From assembly GCF_046197875.1 (NCBI RefSeq), contig NZ_CP166991.1, positions 294,733-318,732 of the forward strand: a DNA stretch of 24,000 bases. Direction: 5' to 3'. This DNA is from Methanobrevibacter acididurans (GTDB lineage: Archaea > Methanobacteriota > Methanobacteria > Methanobacteriales > Methanobacteriaceae). The translations under genes were made by a program, and so were the position numbers. Positions 18,076-24,000 of the stretch are shown here, piece by piece (the stretch's first letter is position 1; each line of letters opens with the position of its first letter). Below the pieces are notes generated by a model, which made no database searches, was not told the origin of the DNA, and worked only from the letters and a program-made list of their open reading frames with translations.

Positions 18076-18915
18076 TCATTGTTTAAGTTTACTTTCAGTT
18101 ATTTCAGATTTAACATCACATTTTTCCAAAATAATATTACTAATACTTTTTTCTAGCATACTAGGTTTAAATGAAATTTGGACATTAGAATAAGGTTCTG
18201 AAATTTCTCTAACACTAACAATACCTTCAGCTTCTTGTAAAGCTTCAATAACACAAGGCATTTTTTCATAAACCCTAATTTTAACTACAGCATAACTCCA
18301 ATTAGTCATTTTAGTAGCTAATTCAATTTTATCCATTTCTTCATCAATCAAACCTTTAATATAAGTATTTATTGGTATTAAAAGAATAGCTACAGCTAAT
18401 CCTGCAATAGTTGTAATTAATGCAACATAGATTCCCTGAGCCATAGTAGTACTACTAACATTTACACCTAAACTTTTAAAAGTCATCCAAATACCTAAAA
18501 CTGTACCAATCAATCCTAAAAAAGGAGCAATTTCAATAATAGTTTTAAGAGTACTAAGATTCTTAGTCATTTTACTAACTTCAACAATAAAAATCTGTTC
18601 CATACTTTCTTCGACTTCGGTTTTATTTTTATAACCGATTTTTAAAGCTTCGGATATAATTCTAGATACTGGATTCTTGTAATGGCTAATATTTTTAAGA
18701 GCTTCAATAGCTCCACCTTTTTCCATAGAAACAGTTACAGTACCCATAATTTCAGTAGCATCAACTTTACTAATACGTCTTAAATAGAATACTTTCTGTA
18801 ATGAAATTAATAAACCCCAAATACCTAAAAAAGTAATAATGTAGGTAATAATTCCACCATCTTGAAACATTTCAATAATACCATTAATACCGCCAGTTAA
18901 TGCTTCAATCAACAT
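18076..18915 (-). CDS. MotA/TolQ/ExbB-family proton channel protein with an extended C-terminal soluble domain
   Basis: Three TM segments, including the family core IEIAPFLGLIGTVLGIWMTF and GIYVALITTIAGLAVAILLIP. About 95 residues follow the last TM, against roughly 40-45 in E. coli ExbB/TolQ as I recall. Confidence 0.85.
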   Translation of the reverse strand: MLIEALTGGINGIIEMFQDGGIITYIITFLGIWGLLISLQKVFYLRRISKVDATEIMGTVTVSMEKGGAIEALKNISHYKNPVSRIISEALKIGYKNKTEVEESMEQIFIVEVSKMTKNLSTLKTIIEIAPFLGLIGTVLGIWMTFKSLGVNVSSTTMAQGIYVALITTIAGLAVAILLIPINTYIKGLIDEEMDKIELATKMTNWSYAVVKIRVYEKMPCVIEALQEAEGIVSVREISEPYSNVQISFKPSMLEKSISNIILEKCDVKSEITESKLKQ

Positions 18916-19075
18916 GTTTTCCTCTTTAATTATTTTATAAAATTATGTATAAAAATTATTAAATAATATAATAAAAAATATTCACTTAATAATAACTGTA
19001 GTTTTATTTAAAGTAATATATATTTATTTTTAAAAAAATTAAAAAAAAGTAAAAGAAAAATTTTAAAAAAATTAA

Positions 19076-20440
19076 TTAAATATTAAACAAATCATTTAAA
19101 GATTCACTCATAGTAGGATGGGTGAAAACTTGATTTTTAAGTAAAGTATAATCTAAATCTAAATCCATAGCTAATTTAATAATATTAATCACTTCAAAAG
19201 ATTCCTCACAAATTAACTCAGCACCTAAAATCTTATTAGAATCCTCATCAATAATAGCTTTTAATAAGCCAACAGGATTTTTAAGAACTTGTGCCTTAGG
19301 AATACCTGCAGCAGGCATTTTAGATATTTTTACATTAAAACCTTTATCAATAGCTTCTTTTTCAGTTAAACCAACTCTAGAAAAACAAGGATCAATAAAA
19401 ACACTAAATGGAACATTCTTACGATTAGATAAATTATAATCCATTTTACCTTCAAGTTGATTTTTCACAATACGGAAATCATCAAGAGATATATAAGTAA
19501 ATTGAAGACCACCTACAACATCACCCATAGCCCAAATATTAGGAGTAGATGTTTGTAAATTATCATCTGTTTTAACCGCACCACGTTTAGTAGTTTCAAC
19601 ACCTGCAAGATCTAGATTCAACCCTACAGTATTAGCTTTTCTACCAGTAGCAATTAAAACAGCATCAGCACAAAAACTATTCTTAACATCATCAATAGTA
19701 TAATTAATCACAGCTTCATCATCTTTATTAATAATAGATTCGATTTCAGCATTAAAAATAATATCAATACCTTTATTCTTAAAAATAGATTCAATCTCAT
19801 CTGCAACATCTCTATCGTCACGTTTTAAAAACAAAGGTCCATGTTGAATAATAGTAACTTTAGATCCAAAATTTGAATACATAGAAGCAAATTCTAAACC
19901 AATATATCCACCACCAACAATAACTAATCTTTCTGGAAACTCATCAAGATCCATTAAGCTATCACTGAAATAAACATAAGGATTATTATCTATCCCTTCA
20001 ATAGGAGGTTTTACAGAACTAGATCCTGTATTAATAAAGATTCTATCTCCTTCAATATTAAAAGTTTCATCATTGGTTTTTATTTGTACCTGATTTTCAT
20101 TTATAAAACTTCCAAAACCATTAAAAACAGTAATATTTTCATTTTTATCTAACATATTAAAGTTTTTTTCACGAAGCATACCAGTTAATCTTCTTTTTTC
20201 AAGAATTGCTTCTTTATAAAACTTCTTTTTTTCATCTAAATTTAAATCTTTACCTTTTAATTTTAAACTACTAGTCACTAAAGATTTTGATGGAATACAA
20301 CCAACATTAATACAAGTTCCACCATACATTTGGTCTGATTTTTCAATCATCGCAACACTTTCACCTTTAGAACCTAAATATGCTGAAAGTGTTTTACCAC
20401 CTTTTCCAAATCCAATAACAATATTTTGAAAATGTTTCAT
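19076..20440 (-). CDS. Class I pyridine nucleotide-disulfide oxidoreductase, RclA/YkgC-like
   Basis: VIGFGKGGKTLSAYL...MYGGTCINVGCIPSKSL (redox-active C-x4-C) closely parallels the E. coli RclA N-terminus as I remember it. Second dinucleotide fold VIVGGGYIGLEF and C-terminal dimerisation-domain motif THPTMSE. GAGGTGA SD. Confidence 0.85.
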   Translation of the reverse strand: MKHFQNIVIGFGKGGKTLSAYLGSKGESVAMIEKSDQMYGGTCINVGCIPSKSLVTSSLKLKGKDLNLDEKKKFYKEAILEKRRLTGMLREKNFNMLDKNENITVFNGFGSFINENQVQIKTNDETFNIEGDRIFINTGSSSVKPPIEGIDNNPYVYFSDSLMDLDEFPERLVIVGGGYIGLEFASMYSNFGSKVTIIQHGPLFLKRDDRDVADEIESIFKNKGIDIIFNAEIESIINKDDEAVINYTIDDVKNSFCADAVLIATGRKANTVGLNLDLAGVETTKRGAVKTDDNLQTSTPNIWAMGDVVGGLQFTYISLDDFRIVKNQLEGKMDYNLSNRKNVPFSVFIDPCFSRVGLTEKEAIDKGFNVKISKMPAAGIPKAQVLKNPVGLLKAIIDEDSNKILGAELICEESFEVINIIKLAMDLDLDYTLLKNQVFTHPTMSESLNDLFNI

Positions 20441-20592
20441 TATATATTCACCTCAAAAATAAATTCATATTCAATAATTTAATTAGTGATTTAATAATAT
20501 TTATCTTTATTTAAAATGTTGTAATAAAAAATATTGTTTAGGAAAATAACGAATAATTTAAAAAAAAGTATGTAATTAAAGAAGTTAAAAAT

Positions 20593-21222
20593 TTAATATC
20601 TAACACTTCTCATTTTTTGTACAGTATTCCAACTTTTACGTACAAAATAAGGCATTTCATCATATGTAAAATTAGTTAAAAAATCTTTAGTTTTAGGATC
20701 ACTAGGGTAACCTGAACCAATCCCACCCATTTGAATATAATCTTCATTAATATCTTTAATAATTTTATCCCTAGTACATTTAGCTATAATTGAAGCTGCA
20801 GCTACTTGATAATAATTATCATCTGCTTTATGTTCTGCTGTAATATTATCACATTCAACTATGCTTTTAATTTCATTTTCTAATCGTTTAGGTTTAACAT
20901 CTAATGAATCTATAATAACAGCATCTGGTTTCAAATTTTCAATAATTTTAATCATAGCAATTTTTTCAATTTCATTTAAATTCACATCTTTAGATCGTAA
21001 ATTATCAATATCCATTGCAGTTATCTCAACAGTTTCATACTCAAACATTTTCACTAATTTACGAGCAAGAGTAGTTCTTCTTTTAGGAGTTAATTTTTTA
21101 GAATCCTTAACACCCATTCGTTCTAATATTTTTGTTTTTTCTTCAGGAATCACAATACCTGCTACTATCATAGGGCCTAATACAGGGCCTCTTCCAGCTT
21201 CATCTAATCCTAGAATATTCAT
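20593..21222 (-). CDS. rnhB: Ribonuclease HII
   Basis: MNILGLDEAGRGPVLGPMIVAG (DEAGRG catalytic motif), DSKKLTPKRR, IIAKCTRD, GSGYPSD; 209 aa. Confidence 0.92.
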   Translation of the reverse strand: MNILGLDEAGRGPVLGPMIVAGIVIPEEKTKILERMGVKDSKKLTPKRRTTLARKLVKMFEYETVEITAMDIDNLRSKDVNLNEIEKIAMIKIIENLKPDAVIIDSLDVKPKRLENEIKSIVECDNITAEHKADDNYYQVAAASIIAKCTRDKIIKDINEDYIQMGGIGSGYPSDPKTKDFLTNFTYDEMPYFVRKSWNTVQKMRSVRY

Positions 21223-21336
21223 AATTATCTATAACCAAACATTTAAACAAAATTTTTTCTAAAAAATAAAAATTATTATTATTTTTTTAAGATTTATATA
21301 AAGAATTTAAAAAATAGTTAAAAAAAAATTTGTTTA

Positions 21337-21374
21337 TTCATTAAAAGATTATGTTTTATATATCTTTCAATGAA
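21337..21374. repeat. Imperfect inverted repeat (12-nt arms, 1 mismatch, 14-nt spacer) in the mreB-rnhB intergenic region
   Basis: ttcattaaaaga (21337-21348) versus tctttcaatgaa (21363-21374), whose reverse complement is ttcattgaaaga. Confidence 0.4.
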
Positions 21375-21419
21375 TTCAAATTTCTTTTATTGAGTTTTTC
21401 CCGTGTTTATAGGAGAAAT

Positions 21420-22493
21420 TTATCTCATAGCTTTAAGACGTACTTCTGGTTCTAAAGCTAATGGTTCTGCAGCTACGATTGCAGTTCCTTTTGCAACAAC
21501 AGTCATTGGGTCATCGGATATTTTGATTGGTATTTCTACTTCATCAAATATTCTTTCTTTAACTCCACGTAATCTGGAAGTTCCACCTACAGCAACAGTA
21601 TTTGAATAGATTCCCATCATTAATTCAGGAGGTAATCTTTCTAATATGAGTTGTAATCCATTCATTACTTCAATCATTATTGGTTCAGCTGCATCTGCAA
21701 CTAACATTGAATCAATAACTACTTTTTTAGGTCTGTTAGTATCCATTGCTTTTCCAATGATTTCCACACTTAAGTTTTCCATTTCTTCACTACAATGAAC
21801 CATACCAACTTCAATTTTTGCAGCTTCAGCATCATGGATACTTATTGCAACATTGAATTTTTCTGCAACTAATTCAACAATTCTTGCATCAATATCGTCT
21901 CCACCCCAACGGACGGTTTCAATATCATTAATTCCTCCAAGAGAAATAACAACTAAATCACTTGAACCAGCACCAATATCAATAACCATTGTTCCATTAG
22001 GTTCTGCTATAGGTAATCCTGCACCTATTGCTGCAGCTAATCCTTCACTGATAACTAAAACATATTCTGCTCCTGCTTTTCTACCAATTTCTTCAGCAGC
22101 ATTTTTTTCTACTTCAGATGAATCTCCTGGAATTCCAATAACGATTCTTCCAACACTTTCACCATCTTTAATACCAATTTCCATGGCTTTAATTAATAAA
22201 GCTTGAGCTTGAGCTATATTTTCAATAACTCCTTTTTTTAATGGTCTTACTGCGGTAATATCTTCAGGAGTTCTGCCTAACATTCTTTTTGCTTCTTCTC
22301 CTACAGATAAAACTGCTGTTGGATCATCTTTTTTAACAGCAACAACGGAAGGGATTTGATATAAATCAAATTTGTCTCCAGATGGTTTTGCAATCACTGT
22401 ATTTAAAGTTCCTAAATCTATTCCTAAGCTATTTTTAACTATTGTTTTTTTTGGTTCTGATTCTTGTACCTCGGTATCTCCAAAAATACTCAC
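21420..22493 (-). CDS. mreB: MreB-type actin homolog
   Basis: SLGIDLGTLNTV (phosphate 1), GEEAKRMLGRTPEDITAVRPLKKGVIENI, VIGIPG, MVIDIGAGSSD (phosphate 2), VGGTSRLRG (adenosine). GTG start at 22493 with GGAGG 7 nt upstream. Confidence 0.88.
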   Translation of the reverse strand: MSIFGDTEVQESEPKKTIVKNSLGIDLGTLNTVIAKPSGDKFDLYQIPSVVAVKKDDPTAVLSVGEEAKRMLGRTPEDITAVRPLKKGVIENIAQAQALLIKAMEIGIKDGESVGRIVIGIPGDSSEVEKNAAEEIGRKAGAEYVLVISEGLAAAIGAGLPIAEPNGTMVIDIGAGSSDLVVISLGGINDIETVRWGGDDIDARIVELVAEKFNVAISIHDAEAAKIEVGMVHCSEEMENLSVEIIGKAMDTNRPKKVVIDSMLVADAAEPIMIEVMNGLQLILERLPPELMMGIYSNTVAVGGTSRLRGVKERIFDEVEIPIKISDDPMTVVAKGTAIVAAEPLALEPEVRLKAMR

Positions 22494-22495
22494 GG

Positions 22496-23146
22496 TTATT
22501 CCTCCATAATGTCTTTAAAGTCTATAACAAAAATTTTATTTGATGTAGCGATTTTTTGAATTTTAGCGACATCCTCTGTATGTTCAATTGAAATGAGAAT
22601 TGTATTTAACACTGCTTCATCCATATTGAATAGAGGAGTTACGATATTCTGTAAAAATTTGGGTATATCTTTTGAAATATTTAATTCAGTTTCTATAAAC
22701 CCTGTAGTTTGATCTTCTAATAAAATTGAAATGGGTGCATTTTCTCTTCCAGTATCATTAACAAATTTTTTTATTCTATCTTCAGGACCTACTAATGTCA
22801 TTAAATTTTCTTCATTTTCAATATAGTAAGGGGCAATTACAATAGATGCGCTGCCTTTTTCTTTGGATATTTTGCTGATTTCTCTAATTTTATAGGAATC
22901 TCCTTTTAAAATTATAAAATCAAATTTTTTATTAATTTTACCTTCAGTAAATGAGATATGTTCTCTAAATAGAATTTTAACAGTTTTTTTAGATGCAATT
23001 GCTGTGTATACTATGTCATTAACTAGTTTATCATTTCCAGCTATAACACACCATACTTTTTCAACATCTTCTTCAGATGAAACTTTTGCAGCTTGTCTGA
23101 GAATCTGAATTTTATCTTCTATCATTATATACACATCATAAAACAT
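22496..23146 (-). CDS. Uncharacterised soluble 216-aa protein translationally coupled to mreB
   Basis: No TM segments or motifs I recognise, and not MreC/MreD-like. Its TAA (22496-22498) lies 2 nt before the mreB GTG, and its last codons carry the mreB SD. The start is uncertain: ATG at 23146 or an internal Met at residue 8, neither with a strong SD. Confidence 0.6.
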   Translation of the reverse strand: MFYDVYIMIEDKIQILRQAAKVSSEEDVEKVWCVIAGNDKLVNDIVYTAIASKKTVKILFREHISFTEGKINKKFDFIILKGDSYKIREISKISKEKGSASIVIAPYYIENEENLMTLVGPEDRIKKFVNDTGRENAPISILLEDQTTGFIETELNISKDIPKFLQNIVTPLFNMDEAVLNTILISIEHTEDVAKIQKIATSNKIFVIDFKDIMEE

Positions 23147-23540
23147 TCTTTTTCGAATGCTAACCCTATTAAATTAAGCATATTTTATTTATTTAAAAAT
23201 ATAAGGTTATACTAATTTTTTAAATATGTTACACTATTTTTAGGCAATATAACAAATTCTAAACGATTTAATAAAAATTAAATTTATAGTGCTAACATTT
23301 AATAATTATCTATATTTTACTAATATTTATATTTAATATATTAATATATAAAAAAAGTTTTAAAAATTTAATTTAATTAAAAAAATTTCTACATTATATA
23401 TATTATTAAGTTACATTACTATATAAAATTTTAAAAAAATTTTTATAAAAGTTTAAAGAAATCTGTGTATATAAAAAACTTAAATAATATTTTAAAAAAA
23501 GGGTAGGGTTATATAATTACTCTAGAGGTTAAAAGATAAA

Positions 23541-24000
23541 ATGCAATTACAAGAAACTGGAATTTTTAATTTTATCAGAATACCTGATTTAATTTCATCA
23601 TTAAATATGATATTCGGATTTTTAGGAATTTTAATGGCAATAAATAATTATTTCTCATTATCAGCATTTTTTATTATCATTGCAATAATTTTTGATAGTG
23701 TTGATGGATGGGTTGCAAGAAAATTAGGTTTTCATGATGATTTAGGATTTGGTAAAAATATAGATTCTCTAGCAGACATAGTTTCATTTGGTGTTGCTCC
23801 AGCAGTACTATTATACACATTAGGAATGAAACTAGCACCAAATCTTGAAGTTTTAACAATTATAATATGTTTATACATGGTACTATGCGGAGTTTTAAGA
23901 TTAGCACGGTTCAATGTAATTGGAGATAAAATTGAATATAAAGGATTTATAGGTTTCCCCATACCAGGAATTGCATTATTACTAACAGCATTATATTTAA
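23541..24000 (+). CDS. pssA: CDP-alcohol phosphatidyltransferase, PssA-like (archaetidylserine synthase type); 3'-truncated by the window
   Basis: Not in the ORF track because it has no stop in the window. The hand-translated frame is open from the ATG at 23541 to the edge. Motif DSVDGWVARKLGFHDDLGFGKNIDSLADIVSFGVAPA = D-G-x2-A-R...G-x3-D-x3-D with the SFGVAP signature of the PssA subclass. AGAGGT at 23524-23529. Confidence 0.78.
   Translation, partial: MQLQETGIFNFIRIPDLISSLNMIFGFLGILMAINNYFSLSAFFIIIAIIFDSVDGWVARKLGFHDDLGFGKNIDSLADIVSFGVAPAVLLYTLGMKLAPNLEVLTIIICLYMVLCGVLRLARFNVIGDKIEYKGFIGFPIPGIALLLTALYL

Noticed and set aside
17579-18915. Calling the ExbB/ExbD pair a TonB-dependent uptake system
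   Set aside because: There is no TonB, TolA or receptor gene here, and no outer membrane is expected in this lineage. Only the family-level call is justified.
20861-22206. Plus-strand ORFs 20861..21262, 21403..21609 and 21853..22206
   Set aside because: They are antisense to rnhB and mreB, which carry diagnostic motifs. They are Ser/Ile/Pro-rich shadow translations.
23147-23540. A ~390-nt AT-rich divergent intergenic region at a strand-switch point, considered as a replication origin or ncRNA locus
   Set aside because: I could find no ORB or mini-ORB-like repeated boxes and no adjacent cdc6/orc1. There is no GC-rich structured segment, and only short scattered matches such as ggttata x2. 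It is most simply two divergent promoters.
23677-23962. Minus-strand ORFs 23677..23859 and 23732..23962
   Set aside because: They are antisense to the untracked + strand CDP-alcohol phosphatidyltransferase gene, whose D-G-x2-A-R...D-x3-D motif is unambiguous.
1-24000. Screened for tRNA/rRNA/structured RNA islands, CRISPR repeats, IS elements/integrases, prophage or defence genes, and in-frame TGA/TAG recoding
   Set aside because: No GC-rich structured islands, regularly spaced repeats or recombinase-like ORFs were seen. All recognised genes are full length without internal stops. Nothing supports a mobile or defence island in this window.

Overview
Very AT-rich, gene-dense chromosomal segment (about 86% coding by my coordinates) from a methanogenic archaeon, best fitting Methanobacteriales (Methanobrevibacter/Methanosphaera-like). 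Recognisable genes: topoisomerase VI, an HMf-type histone, archaeal GAPDH, PurO, GTP cyclohydrolase III, cofD/cofE (F420), MCR activation component A2 (atwA), a methanogenesis-marker-9-like protein, hemA, a precorrin-2 dehydrogenase, RNase HII and MreB. Most starts follow GGAGGTGA-like Shine-Dalgarno motifs, and + strand genes end in oligo-T runs. Layout: + strand genes 1-6597, one long minus-strand block 6665-23146, then a + strand gene from 23541 running off the right edge. I found no rRNA/tRNA, CRISPR, transposase/integrase or recognisable defence genes, so this looks like core cofactor and housekeeping DNA rather than an island. No single compelling novel system stands out. The candidates worth follow-up are: (1) two tandem paralogous micro-ORFs absent from the ORF track, upstream of an AAA+ ATPase; (2) a recently duplicated zinc-ribbon module shared by a DUF134 regulator and the next gene upstream of atwA, plus a 20-bp palindrome on the regulator promoter; (3) a marker-9-like protein with an internally duplicated CC-x3-KPCP motif next to atwA; (4) two uncharacterised genes wedged between cofE and cofD; (5) an ExbB/ExbD pair with no TonB context and an extended ExbB tail; (6) mreB translationally coupled to an unknown 216-aa partner. 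All family assignments come from motif recognition by eye; no searches were run.
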